64,000 nucleotides of DNA. Origin: the human T2T-CHM13v2.0 reference genome, Homo sapiens. Below, piece after piece: positions 1 to 23,265 of this stretch. Position 1 is the first letter of the stretch, and each line of letters begins with the position of its first letter. The translations under genes and the position numbers were made by a program. The notes below the pieces were generated by a model. The model was not told the origin of the DNA. It saw only the letters and a list, made by a program, of their open reading frames with translations, and did not search any database. The stretch lies in the NCBI RefSeq assembly GCF_009914755.1, contig NC_060931.1, one strand, 5' to 3'.

Positions 1-410
1 ACCCTAAGAGTGTAGACCTTTAGGTTTTCAGCTTAAGGTGGGAAGGGTTTTCTATAATGCTCCCCATTTTGGGCAGGACTGGCCCTGACTTCTGTCCCCT
101 TGACCCCTCAAGGCCACAGAATGAGAACCCAAGTTTGCTGGTTTTGGCAAATGCCCTCCAACAAAAGGGCACCTCCTGGGTGGCACAGCCGTGGGCTGGT
201 GTGCCCCACCAGGGTGCAGCAGTGACATCAGCCCCGCCTCGGGGCACATGTCCCTTCCCGGTGACAGCAGGCTAGGTGCCTGGACCAGCCGTTTCCCTGA
301 AGACAATGAAACACGCTGGGTGAAATATCCAAAGGCCAGGAACACTGAACAGCTGACAAGACAGCAGGTAATTAAATGCCAGGCCTCGTGCTGGAGGAAA
401 ACTGGACTCA

Positions 411-1198
<788 letters not shown>

Positions 1199-1784
1199 TT
1201 AGCTTAGGAAGTACAATATTTCCAAAAAGGTGACCACAGGGAGAAAAACATGAAGATAACCACCAGCTCAGACCCAGCCGGGGCTTGTGGCCATGCCCAC
1301 CTGCTCCTGTGTGTCCTGGGCCTCGGGCAAGCCACTCATCCTCTCCCCACTGTTTCCAGTCTGTAAGCTGGGATTAGTGACGCTGCCTTCTCAGTTGTGG
1401 GAACCTAGAAGGCAGCAATGGGCCTCTCTCCCTAGGTTGCAACCCGGGGCTGGCACGTAGTAGGTCTGTTTCCAGCTGCCACACACGCTACCTTACCAGG
1501 GGTCCCCAGGAGACAGGACAGGGTGATGGGCCCATTTCACAGGGGGAAAAACCGAGGCAAAGAAAGGCAGTGGAGACTCGTGCTTCTGCTTCAGTAGCTC
1601 CTGCCATGGACTTGACATGGGAACCCCCTCCCACAAGCTCTGTCCCCGGCACCCTCTGGCACTGTTAGCCAGCGGAATCCAGCTGTCACCATGGCCTGGT
1701 TCTTAGCACCCCTGGGAACTTTTAGAGCCTCTGGCCTGTGCTAACTGAGGTTGGGCAGCTGCTGGCCAGGGCCCTAGAGAGAGG

Positions 1785-2270
1785 GGTATCAGGTAGCTAG
1801 TGCTGAGTAACAAATAGCTCCAAACACATGACTTCACATGTCCTTAGTATTAAAGGGCCTGGTGGTACTGCTGCTCATTGCTAGGCCTGGCAAGTCCTAG
1901 CTGGGCTCACTCACACATCTGTGGGCAGCTGGGAGCTAGCTAGTCCAGGATGGCCTCAGCTAGGGTGACCCAGGCTCCATGGCCCTCTTGCCTTCCAGCA
2001 AAGCAGCCCAGCCCGTTCTCGTGCTATAGCAGGAGTCGGGGAGAGCAGGCAGAGGCACGCATGTCCCTGGAGGCTTAAGCTCAGAACTGGGAATGTCATT
2101 GCTGTCACGTTTTATTGGCCACAGCAAGTCATAAGACAGGCTCAGATTGAAGGATGGGGAAGTAGACGCCACCTCTAGACAGGAGTTGGGGCAAAGTCAC
2201 ACGGCAAAGGGCGTGGTGATTCAGGGGAGGAGTGGGGCATCGGGGACACGTTTGTAACTGATCTACCACA
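1785..2270. mobile_element. Old MaLR (MLT1-type) LTR
   Basis: Degenerate MLT1-like motifs (gctgagtaacaaa, gggctcactcacacatctgtgggcagctg, ttttattggccacagcaagtca, ggctcagattgaaggatggggaagtagacgccacctct); recognised by eye. Confidence 0.6.
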
Positions 2271-2559
2271 GAGGGGAGCCCCCCTTTGAGAAAGTGCTCG
2301 GTGGGCCTTGGTGCTTACGCAGCCACGGACCAACCTGCTAGATGGGGCCTTCAGTAGGGTGGCGGGACGTCAGTTTAGCCTCAGGATTCGACTCCGAGCC
2401 TCTTGCGAGACCACGTCTTGGGCAGCATCGTAGACCCGGCTGTGAGCACAGAGTGGCTCTTCCAGAAAGTTTGTTGAATGACTGACTAAGTCAGCCCCTG
2501 TGCCAGGCAGCCCAGAGGGACCAGCCCAGAGCCTCCTTCTCGGGGTGCAAGCCTGGCTT

Positions 2560-3192
2560 GGGACTGGGGGGTGTCTGCACTCGTGGAGCCCCCCATGCCT
2601 GCCGGGAGCCTGAAGACGCAGAGACCTCCTGCCTCGCCTCGCCCCCTCCGTGGGGACCCTCTTCCCCACACTCCTTGGTTCCTGTCGGAGCCAAGATGTG
2701 TCACCATGGAAACCGCTTGGCAAACGCTGGCAGGCAGAGGCGGCCAACAGCAGCTCTCCCGATCGAGCTCCGGGCGCCGGCTGGAGCAACGTCGCGGGAC
2801 GGCGTGAGCGAGCACACCCAGCCGTGTGTGACACGCGTGGGGACAGAGGCCGGGGCGGCTGCGGGAGGGCGTGCGAGGAGGTCAGGGCGCCCCGGCGTGT
2901 GTGCGCCCACGTGTGCGCTCGTGCGTGTGGGTGTGTGCGCGCCTGTGCGTGTGCCAACAGTGCAGCCACATCGGAGCGCGTGTGCTCCGAGTGTGATGGC
3001 CACGTGGGCCGGTGCAGGGTGTGTGTGGGGATGGGGGTGTCTGATTGGTGCTGTGACCTGCGGCAGCACAGCCGCCTGCGTTGAGCGCCCACGGTGGGCT
3101 GGACTTTGCACTAGGTGCTGACAGGACCGGCAGAGGTGGCCACTGCCCTCGTCCCCAGCCTGCACTCCTGGGCGAAGGCTGACGCTGAACAG
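2560..3192 (+). promoter_or_regulatory. AMZ1: AMZ1 distal CpG-rich promoter and candidate non-coding first exon (1a) ending at donor 3192|3193
   Basis: CpG-dense; X-box GTCACCATGGAAAC 2700-2713; CACGTG at 2908 and 3001; reverse CCAAT (ATTGG) at 3044; donor AACAG|GTACTT. TSS cannot be fixed from sequence alone. Confidence 0.65.
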
Positions 3193-4750
3193 GTACTTGT
3201 AAGAGTCACCGAAGTGCGTGCCGGGAGGGTTCTGGGAAGAGGCAGCTGTGGGGCCTGAAGCCTAAATGTGGGGTGGGAGGCATCCAGGCTGCTGCTCCAG
3301 GCAGAGGGCACAGCCTGGGCAAAGGCCAGGAGACCAGGGAAGAAAGGACAGAGTCTGGAGCCCGGGAGAGGTGGCGAGGGGCCATAGCCCTGAAGGAGCT
3401 TCATCCTGGGGCTTCATCCGAGTTGAGGAGGCCCAGCTGGGGGTGAAGGGTGCCTCGTAGGCAGAGGGACCCCGGAGGTAGGAACTAGGGATGTGAGGCT
3501 GGGGCAGACAGAGCTGAGGGACGCAGCTCACAGCTGGCGGTAGTGAGACGTGGTCTTTGAAAGGCTTCCTGTTGGGGCAAGTGGCTTGGCAGGGGGTGTG
3601 TGGAAGCTGGGGAGTCTATAGCCGGCCTGGGTGGGGCGGGCAGTTGAGAGAGATTTTGGAGGTTGACTAGATGCTCCTTGGTGACAGTGGCACTTGAAGA
3701 AGGAGGGCAGGGCTGGGATGATGTGGTTTCCTGGGATGGGAGGCGCTGAGAAGGTCTGGGTGCTGGTGGCGGTCTCACCAGGGGGCTGCTTCTGGAGCCC
3801 CCATTAACAGGCACTCGGCTCTCTGGGGACCTGCCTGGGTCTCCGGCCCCACAGGCTCCCCGAGCCCTGCCAGGCTGGGCAGGTGTGCAGCCCACCCAGC
3901 AGGCACTGGAGACCCCGGGAGACCCCGGATCCTGCAGGGCTTCTCCAGGTGTTTCCAGGAGCCCAGACATGCAGCCGCCCTGGGCCGCGAAGCCTCAAGA
4001 GGGAGCCGGGCACGTCCTTGGCACCCCAGCTTTCCTTGCTACCTGAGATCCCCTCTGTGGCTGGGGTTGCTGGAGATGCCCAAGGAGTAGGGGCTCCGTC
4101 CTCATTTTCACCCCCGACCCCAGCTCCGACTATGTGGGAGGTGGAGGTGATGGCTCAGGAAGGTCTTGGCTGCTTCAGGCCAGCTCTGGTCTCTTGGACG
4201 AAGCCGCTGGGCCGTGGGTTCAGCCTCCTCGTGCTGGCCACAGAGTTGGGGCCCCTCACGTGCCTCACAGGCCTGCCCAGCGCAGCCCATGCGCTCACTG
4301 GGGGCTCCTTCCCAGGGCACGACCCTGATGGATGCTGGGCCTCCCTGACGACCCTGCTGGTCAAGCCCGGGGCCAGGCGTGTCTGAGGACTCCGAGGAGA
4401 TTTCCATGGTCCGTGGTGTGGCCCTGGGTAGGCGCCTGGCCAAGTCACCAGACACCAGGCCTTCGGGATCCCCGCATCCACCAATGGGGTACTGACCCAC
4501 AGGCGCCGGGCAGGGCGGCCTCCAGGTCAGAAACCTTCCAGGACGCTGAGCACCGACTGTTTGCTTCCCTGCCCACGGATGCCCCCTCGTGGCCAATCCC
4601 ATCCATCTTAGAACTACGTTTCAGAGTTGAGGATGCAGGGCTGGAGCGGGGCCATGGCTGAGCTCGGTGCCACTCAGGCCCGAAAGCCCCAAGTCAGCCT
4701 GGCTAGCGTGCGCCTGGCCATGGGCATCATCAACACAGCTTTTGTTATTC

Positions 4751-5081
4751 ATTATTATTTTTTGAGACGGGGTCTCACTCTTGCCCAGGCTGGAGTGCAG
4801 TGGTGCAATCATGGCTCACTGCAGCCTTGACCTCCCCGGCCTCTGGTGATCCTCCCACCTCAGCCTCCTAGGTGCATGCCACCACGCCCTCAGGTGATCC
4901 TCCCATCTCAGCCTCCCAGGTGCATGCCACCACGCCCGGCTAATTTTTTTTTAATTTTTGTAGAGATGGGGGTGTCTTGCTATCCTGCCCAGGCTGCTCT
5001 CAAACTCCAGGGCTCGAGAGATCCATCCGCCTTGCCCTCTCAAAGTGCTGGGATTACAGGCATGAGCCACGGTGCCCAGCC
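4751..5081 (-). mobile_element. AluJ-like element with an internal 48-bp tandem duplication
   Basis: Reverse Alu; GGTGATCCTCCCAYCTCAGCCTCCYAGGTGCATGCCACCACGCCC occurs at 4845 and 4893. Confidence 0.85.
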
Positions 5082-5294
5082 AAGCCTTTGTTATTCTTGT
5101 TGTTGGGGTCCAACTGTGGGGGCTGTGGGGAAGTCTGCAGACAGCTCAGAGTCAAGACAGACCCCGACAGGGACAGGTGGTGCAGGGAGATGTCATTGGA
5201 GATTCGTCCCCACGTGCCTGGTCCGTGTGTCTTTTCCTGCTGGAGAAACTACATGTGGGGTTACTCCTGGGGCCCCTGACTACACACAGCATGA

Positions 5295-5425
5295 GAGGGT
5301 AGGAGACAGGGATGGAGGGAGGAGGGAGATGGTGACAGAGAGAGAGACCAAGAACCCCAAGAGACAGAGACAGACAGACAGAGATAGAAACTCAGAGAGA
5401 CAGACAGACAGACAGAGAGATGGAC
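5295..5425. repeat. GA/GACA-rich simple repeat
   Basis: gagacagagacagacagacagagatagaaactcagagagacagacagacagacagagaga. Confidence 0.85.
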
Positions 5426-6687
5426 AGGCGGCCCCTCCCTCCCAGTCCCCCAGCCTTGGCTGAGCCCATGGGGAGCCCAAACAGCGGAGGAGGGGTCCTG
5501 GGGGAGCGGGCTAAGGGCCCCAGTTTATGTGCTGGGGCTGTCACTTTGCACTGAGCGCGCCCCCAGCTCCAGCCGCTCTGGCTGCTCTCTGGAGGGAACA
5601 AGGGCTTTCAGAGCTGGGGACCCGACGTGAATACTAATCCAGAAGCTCAAAGGGCGGCCTCACAGGCTGGGCACAGGGAGGCTGGGCCGGGGCCAGGGCC
5701 AGCTGAGCCTGTCTGGGAGCTCGCCCTGCTTGGCCTCCCCCCGCTCTTCGTGCTGGGGAGCTCCTGTCCTCCCCTCAGGCCTGAGAGGGTCCCCAGCTAC
5801 CCCAGGACAGGGTGGGGGGTGGGAACTGCAGCTCCAGGAGTCAGGGTCTCGTGTCCAGCATGAGATGACACCGGGTGGGCCCCCAGCACACAGTCCCTTG
5901 AAGAATGGCTGCCCAGGAGGCCTCAGGCCGATGCGAGGGTCCTTAGCTTTGCTTTGCATTCCTACAGTGCTCCAGCGACAGCTCCAGGGAAGCCTGGGGA
6001 AACGGAGGCACGGGCACGGAGCCCATGGCAGGGAAGAGGGCTTGACTGTACTCTGTGCTAGGACACCCCAAGTCCCGCAGGCAGTGCTGGGGTCAGGCCC
6101 CGTGCATCCTGCCTGGACCAGGATTCAGACCCCTTTGCCTCCTTCCTGGACGTCACCTACTGCACCCAGGAGACCTCAGTGTCGGGCCATGGAAACCCCT
6201 GCTTGGGCCATACACGGCTCCCCTGCTTGTGTTCCGAGCCCCTTCACCCCCCAGCCCCTGGCCCTCAGCAACCCCCCTCCCCAGATGCGGCCTCATCTCT
6301 TCTCCAGCTTTTCTGACCCTGCCCCACTTCCTGCACCCATCTTTGCCCAGATCCCTGCAGGCATTCTGTACAGGGAGGCCTGTGCTCGCACGGTTCCTTC
6401 CACCTGGCACACCCCCATCTCTGCCGTTGACCCGGGCTCGTCTTGCTGTGCGGTGAAGCCAGCCTCAGAGCCGTCCTCCTCTGTCCCCACAGCACTGTCT
6501 GCCTGCACCCTCGCCTGCTGGCCTTGGAGCAGGGCTGAGCTGCAGAGAGGCCAAGCCCCTGTTCTGTGGCTCGAGTTTGCTGGGTGAGCAGCTGCTGCTT
6601 CCCAGGACTCCTTGTGCCAATGCCCCGGGAGAGTTTTCCTCTTCCTTATAAAACCCGTGTGAAGCATTTTCCTGTTTTCCAATGTGG

Positions 6688-7935
<1,248 letters not shown>

Positions 7936-8384
7936 CTGGGGAAACTGAGGCAGGGCAAGGTGAAGCAGCTTCCCCAGGCCACACAGCTCTCTTTTAACCC
8001 CAAGTCGGCCTGGGTCAGAGGATGGTGATGGGGTCAAAGTTGGGGGCGGCCCCCTTTGTTCATCACTGAAAGGACAGGGGTCCCCATATCACGGCCTCTT
8101 TCTAGAATAGACTCTGACGAGGTAGCTTCAACCAGAAAGGGGTGTGCAGTCTGCCGGTGGGAGACCAGCGTGTCCCGGGTGCAGTGTGGACAGGGCGTTG
8201 GCTGAGTGAAGCCTTGGCTGGCAGGGGCCAGGTCATCAGCAGGCTGCCTGTGTGTTTCGGGGGTCCTGGCACTGGGCATGGCGCCACCCAACTTGGGGCA
8301 CCCAGGAGGGGCCCTACTCATCTGGGCTTCCAGTCTCCCGGGCTGACCCAACAGACAGAGGAGGAACTGCCACTCTGGGCTTGA

Positions 8385-9506
<1,122 letters not shown>

Positions 9507-9772
9507 CTATTTGTAGGAATTTATCCCAAGGTGAGGGGGACCAGATACCTGTACAAAGATCTGTGGAAACAAGATCGTCTATCACAGTGATATATGCTAG
9601 TGAGACACCAGGAGAAACCAAAATATCCCAAAGCAGGTGACAGATCCATGACACGGAGTCCAGCGCAGACCATCAGGGTGTGGAGACGGACTTTTGGCTA
9701 TTGATGAGTGTGAAGTCACGGGCCGCCTGCAGAACGCAGTATGTGACGTGAATCCCTTAAAATATGTATTTA

Positions 9773-10862
<1,090 letters not shown>

Positions 10863-11202
10863 TTCTTTGCACTGGTGTGGGACGATGGTGACGAATCCCT
10901 CAGCCATCTGTGGGGCGCTGCTGAGGGCGTGGGGGGCATTTCTGCACGGTGAAGCAGAGCTGGTGGGAGGCTGCCCGAGGGAAGCTGGTGCTGGGAGGGT
11001 TTGCAGAGAGGAAAAGGGCAGTTTATGGAAAAGGCCTCTGGGCTCTGTCTGGAGCCGTCATGCCGGCCTTCACGGCATCCTTCCGCACTTAGAGTCCTTT
11101 CCATCTGCTGGTGGCTGGCACAGGGCCAGGGCTGCACTCACAGCTGGCCAGGGTAGGGCAGGGCGCCCGTCCTCAGGGCCACTGACTGTAGGGCTAACCT
11201 AG

Positions 11203-11512
11203 GGGCCTGGTTCACCCCTCTCACTTGGGGCTTCGCCTGATAAGCCTGGTTCACCTCCTCACCTGGTGGCCTCGTTCACCCCCTCACCTGGCGCCTTGCC
11301 TGATAGCCTGGTTCACCCCTCTCACCTGGGGCCTCTCCTGGTGGCCTGGTTCCCCTTCCTCACCTCGTGGCGCTGGTTCACCCCTCTCACCTGGGGCCTT
11401 AACTGGTGGCCTGGTTCACCTCTTCACCTGGCGCCTTGCAGAGTAGCCGGGTTTACTCCTCTCACCTGGGGAGGCACGAACTGGCCCGGGCTGACTGACC
11501 TCCCTCACCTGT
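11203..11512. repeat. Degenerate minisatellite (core GCCTGGTTCACCYCTCTCACCTGG) upstream of the CpG island
   Basis: About 8-9 degenerate copies of ggttcacc...ctcacctgg. Confidence 0.85.
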
Positions 11513-11559
11513 TTGGCTTTAGGCTCTGGGGCCCCCCTGCCCGGGTGTTTCTGGGAGGC

Positions 11560-12290
11560 TGGAGGGTCCCACGTGAGCTCCACCGCGGGCAGCTGGAGGG
11601 AGTGGGGCAGGACGCTGAGCGCCGGGAGGGGTGTGGCCCTCCTGTCCTGCCCGCGGCCCCACACCGGCCCCAGTCCCGCCCGCCTCGGTCCCTGCCCCGC
11701 GCGCCGACGTCACCGGGACCTCCCGATCCTCCCGGCCCAGGCCGAGCTGCCCACGCTGCTGCCCGGGGCTCGGTGCCCGGCGCGGCCTCTGCCGGCTCCG
11801 GCGGGCGCGGGACTGCGAGGTAGGGGGGCGCGCGGGGAAGACTCGGGGGCGCAGGGACCGAGAGGGACCTCCGTGCCGGGGCGGGTGGGTAGGGGCAGCT
11901 CCGGGTCCAGCCCGGCCCGCGCACCAAGTCCCGAGGGCGCCCGGGCGGCGGCGGCTACGGGCGCGCGGGGACCGCGGAGACGCGAAGGGCGCACTTGGCG
12001 AGGGTTTGGTGCAGCGCCGCGCCGGGGTCCGCACAGCCCCGGCAGGTCCTGCAGAGGGAAGGCCGGGCCAGGGAAGGGCCACGCGCCCCCTCCCCGCCAT
12101 CCTCTCCCAGGCCAGGGCGACCTGCGCGCTTCCCGATGGGAGCAAACTGGGGACGGGTCGGGAATCCAGGGCCAAGGGCCCGAAAGAAGGCGTTTCCGGG
12201 CTGGGGCGAGCCAGGTGGGTGCGGGACGTCCCCGGGGAACCTCCAGGGCGCCGAGAATCTCGTCGTGCCCAGGGCTCCCCGCAGCCTGTG
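11560..12290 (+). promoter_or_regulatory. AMZ1: CpG island; AMZ1 proximal promoter and candidate short non-coding first exon (1b) ending at donor 11819|11820
   Basis: Very high GC and CpG; GC boxes (cccgccc); CACGTG at 11570; CRE-like CGACGTCA ~11705; donor GCGAG|GTAGGG followed by G-runs. Confidence 0.75.
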
Positions 12291-13721
12291 TATGAGCCGG
12301 GGAGGGAGAAGGCTTCCTCCCCCAGGAGACTGAGGGAGAAGGCTGTGGATATGATCCCTGCAGGGATGTAAGACAGGTCTCAAAACCAGAAAAGCAAGGG
12401 AGGGGTGACAGAGAAATGGCAAACTTTACAAAGGACAGGGGAGGGCAGGGACCTGGGTCCTTTCTGCCCCCATCACGGGAGGGAAACACTTGGCAGAGGA
12501 GTTTGGGGTTCGCAGGTGAGGAGAGAGAACAGGAAGCCAAGAGTCTGGCCCGGAGGCCACTACCCCTGCGGTCTAAGCCCCCGGTTTTCCCTCCTAGCGA
12601 ATGGAAACTGAGAGGTGAGAAACCCCCAAAACCATCCGTCCGTCTGGTTCTGCCTGAAGGTCTCCGCTGTCAGCTAATGAATAGCTCGATGCAGCTGCTG
12701 GGAGGTTTTGCAAAGCGCATTCAGAATAGCGAGAATCAGAGCATGGTTTCTTGCCCAAAGGCCAGGCATCTGCGTGGTCAGATGGGGGAGCATGAGTGCC
12801 CGGAGCTGTGCGGTTTAGGGCAGCCTGACCTTGGATACCTGGTTACTGGGCCAGTCTGGCGGCCCTTGTTGCTTAGAGCGGCAGAACCTCCCTGGGGGGG
12901 GGGGGATGCGGACGTGCTCTTTTCCAGTCTTTGGACAAAAAAAGGCAAGGGGAGGAGGAAGGAGAAGCGTCTGAGTTTACCCATGGTATTAATAGCAGCA
13001 GGGCTGGAACTCGGGTGCTCTGGGAGAGGAGACGTCCTACCCCCTGTCCCCGTCAGAACATCCCTGCTCCAGGAGCAGCTGGGGTTCCAGTGTGAAGCGT
13101 GGCTTTGAAACCAGGCCCCGCTGGCCCCCAGCTGTGTCGCCAGGGCCAAGTCACTTAACGTCTGAGCCTCAGTTTCCCCACCTGAAACACCGCAGTGGCA
13201 CCTGCGGCTCCGTGTGTGGCTTGGAGGACGCAGGCATGAGACCTGTTGGCTGCTGTCATGACTGCAGTTAGCAGAGGAGGGGGACACACTGTGACAGGGT
13301 CCAAAGGACAGCGAGAAACCTCCATCTGGGGGTCTCCTTTTTGGAGCATGGATGGGTTGGTGAGTGCCAGAGGGTGCTGCGAAGCTGACCCCCACTAAGG
13401 TGGCTCCCTCCCCGTGGGTACCCCCAGGGCTCACATGCAGCTCTGGCTCTATGTGAGGAGTGGTCTTGTGCAGAAATGACCTGGCAGGATGGAAGGACTC
13501 AGCTGGCAGCTGACAGTGGGGACCGGGGTTTTCCTGAATGACCCACGAAGACGAATGTGGCCACAAGGCTTCTTGAGAGGAAATAGTATGTGGGCAGACG
13601 TCATGCCCTGGATGCCCGAGAGCTGTACCCGTGTCAAGGGATGGAGGGAGCTAAGCGTTCTCATTCCTAGCTTGGAGCCTGTCACACCATTCTCCAGTCT
13701 GCACTAGGAGGTGGCTGTGTT

Positions 13722-13990
<269 letters not shown>

Positions 13991-14384
13991 CCCGGGAGGT
14001 GGCTATTTTTAGAGCTTGCCTCTCACATCCTGTTGATCTTCCAGCCGGGCTAGTCTGGAGCTGGCGTGGCCACTCCTTCCCGGGCGGCTCAGGTTGGCTG
14101 AAGGTGGTGTTGTGTCTCTGGCTGGGTTTCCGATGTAGATGCTCTTGAGTTACCCACGTGCCCGCCACTGCTTGCGGGTGTGCAAACGGCCTCTGTGGTC
14201 GTGGCTCCTCTGTGCGTGTGCTCTGGTCCCCTGCAAAACTTGTCGCTGTGGCCCTTCCTGTTGCTCCCATTCGGTCCTCCCTGAATAACTTAGATGGGCC
14301 TGAGGTTGGCAGTTTGGGCCCAAGTCACACCTGGAACCAATGTGGTAGGGCTTGTGAACTTTTGGTAAAAAGAAGGCATTTCTC

Positions 14385-16148
<1,764 letters not shown>

Positions 16149-16632
16149 TCAGGGGTTTCCTGGGCGCCTCTTCCGTAGCGAGGTCCCCAGGAGTCCCCGA
16201 GGGGACTCTGAGAGGTTGCAGGGGGTGCTGCCTCCACACGCTGACACCTGGCATGGCTAGGGCAGGAGTACCCCACCCCTTGGCCACAAGCCCAGCAGCG
16301 GTTCCCCACCTCACCCAGAGCAAAGGTTAAAGCTCTTCCAACAGCCTCCCGGCTCCTGCGCGATGTGTCCCCATCTTCCCCCAATCTCGTCCCCTGTTCT
16401 TTCCCCCAATTTGTTCCAGCCACACTGGCCTCCTCCGGCTGTCCCCTGAGCCCCCAGACGTATCTGCTGCGGGCCTGTGTACACCCACCTCTGTCTGGGA
16501 CGGTCTGCCCCTCCTCCCCGCTGCCTCCTTGCTCAGAGATCCCACCTCAATGGAGCCCACTGTGATCACCCTCTCAGGAATGGGAGTGTGGGCCTGGCAC
16601 GCCTGAGCCCTGCCCCGCTCTGTAGGGGGGTG

Positions 16633-17390
<758 letters not shown>

Positions 17391-17579
17391 GCCTTTTCTT
17401 TTTCCAACAGGACCTGTCACCTTCTAACCTACCTTCTATGCTATTTACTTAGCACTTTTGCCACCTGCCTTCCTGCTGGAGCACCTAACTCCATGGAGCC
17501 AGGGACCTCTGTTTTGTCCACTCATGTTGGAAAACCCCCAGCACAGGGCCCAGCACCCAGGAAGCCCTTGGCAGCTAAT

Positions 17580-17998
17580 GTCACTGTCATGAGTCCGCTG
17601 AACTGGGCCACAGGGTGCCTGATGCAACACCGTTCCTGGGCGTGTCTGTGAGGGTGCTCGAGATGACATTAGGATTAGGACAGTGGGTTCAGGAAGGTGG
17701 ACTGCCCTCCCCAAGTGGCTGGGCACCTTCCAATCCCTCCAGACCCTGAATAGAACAGACGGCAGAGGGAGGAGGAGTTCACCCCTCATTTCCTGCCTCG
17801 CCGCTGGAGCTGGGACATGTCATCCTCTCTTGCCCCGGGACTGGATGTCCACCATCGGCTGCCCTGGTTCTCAGGCCTTCGGACATGAGCTGAGTTTGAA
17901 TCACGCCTTGGGCTTCCCTGGGTCTCTGGCTTGTAGGCAGCACACTGTAGGACTTCTCAGCTTCTGAGGCCTGTGAGCCAATTCTCATAATAAATCCT
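17580..17998 (+). mobile_element. MLT2 (ERVL) LTR fragment, preceded by a probable L2 3' remnant (~17400-17575)
   Basis: gggcgtgtctgtgagggtg, ctggttctcaggccttcggac, ggacttctcagc, gtgagccaattctcataataaa resemble MLT2. Confidence 0.65.
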
Positions 17999-17999
17999 T

Positions 18000-18532
<533 letters not shown>

Positions 18533-18755
18533 TGAATGAACCCGTGCGTTCACCTGCCCTGGGACCCGCCTGGCCTCTTTTGGAACCACTGATCGTGCAT
18601 CTCAGCTGCTTCTGGCTGACTTGGGTCTGTCCTCACGGCTCCTCCTTGCTCAGCCTCTGGCCCCGCTGCAAGACTTGCCCACTACGGCCCTTTCCATGGC
18701 CACAGGATCTGGTCCTGTCCATCGTCTGTGCATCTGATGTTTCTTTCTTCCTTTA

Positions 18756-22376
<3,621 letters not shown>

Positions 22377-23162
22377 AAATCAGGGTTAGTTAGAGAATAG
22401 GGCTGTTCATTCTCCCTGCAAAAACATAGCTGTTTCTGGTTTTCCGGCTAGGACTGGCAGGTCTTGCAACTTGACGGTCGCAGACAAGTGGGTTTTGCGT
22501 GTCTAGCTCAGCTTTCTACAGGAAGCTTGTCCGAGGGCTGCTGATTCATAAGGGTCTATTCACACGTCCTTAGCTGCACCTGCCTTGCTATATTATTTGT
22601 GCATCCCCCTTCTGTGGTTTCTGGTTCGTTTCTAGCCTCTCCCCACAACCACCCCTTTGCTTTTATCTGTTCTGCGAGGCTTCCCCTGCCCAGCCCACTC
22701 TCCATCCGCCCTGGCAGGTCTCACAGTCTCTGAACAGAGACATAAATGTAGCCCGGAACCAAGTGTGCGGTGACGACTCTCAGGCGTGTTCCTAAGTGTG
22801 GGGTTGCCTAGCTGCTGCTGCTCCGGTCAGAGCATCTGTTTTGCAGGGCGGCTTTGTCACGGTTCTGCCAGCTCCACACCCCCCACCGTCTCCTCCCTAC
22901 CTGGTCCGTCCTGGGCGTTGAAATCCGATGTTGCTTCTCCACTTCTCCCTGTTTCTAGCTGGTGGGGTTTGGCACAAACGCCTGCCCTGACTGCTTCATC
23001 TGGATCTCGGGCCCTCACGTGTGTCCTGGGGACGTCTGCGTGCTGTTGGGGCTGCGTACCCCCGCCCCCCCCCAAACATATGCTTGCTGGGCGCACAGGG
23101 ACCTGCTAGGAAAGCTTGTAATTGGGATGAAGAGCTGCCGTGATGGGAGTTCTTGGGTGTTG

Positions 23163-23265
23163 GGGGGTCCCTAGGTGATAGGGGCTCTGGGTGAGGAGGA
23201 ATCCCAGATGATGGGGGCTCTGGGTAAGGAGGAACCCCAGGCGATGGGGGGACCCAGGTGAGGAT
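23163..23265. repeat. ~33-bp G-rich tandem repeat, about 3 copies
   Basis: gatRggggctctgggtRaggaggaaYcccag repeated. Confidence 0.7.

Noticed and set aside
2370-3165. Long ORFs (up to 240 aa) over the distal promoter
   Set aside because: Products of GC- and GT-repeat composition; no domain-like sequence
3773-3790. CTCF-like CACCAGGGGGC (and similar matches near 2167 and 3127)
   Set aside because: Partial matches are common in GC-rich DNA; cannot be supported without ChIP data
5730-6587. 285-aa intronic ORF
   Set aside because: Pro/Ser-rich, no recognisable motif, non-ATG start; consistent with chance in GC-rich DNA
11505-12540. Several overlapping 140-276-aa ORFs on both strands
   Set aside because: CpG island with few stop codons; low-complexity Arg/Gly/Pro/Ala translations
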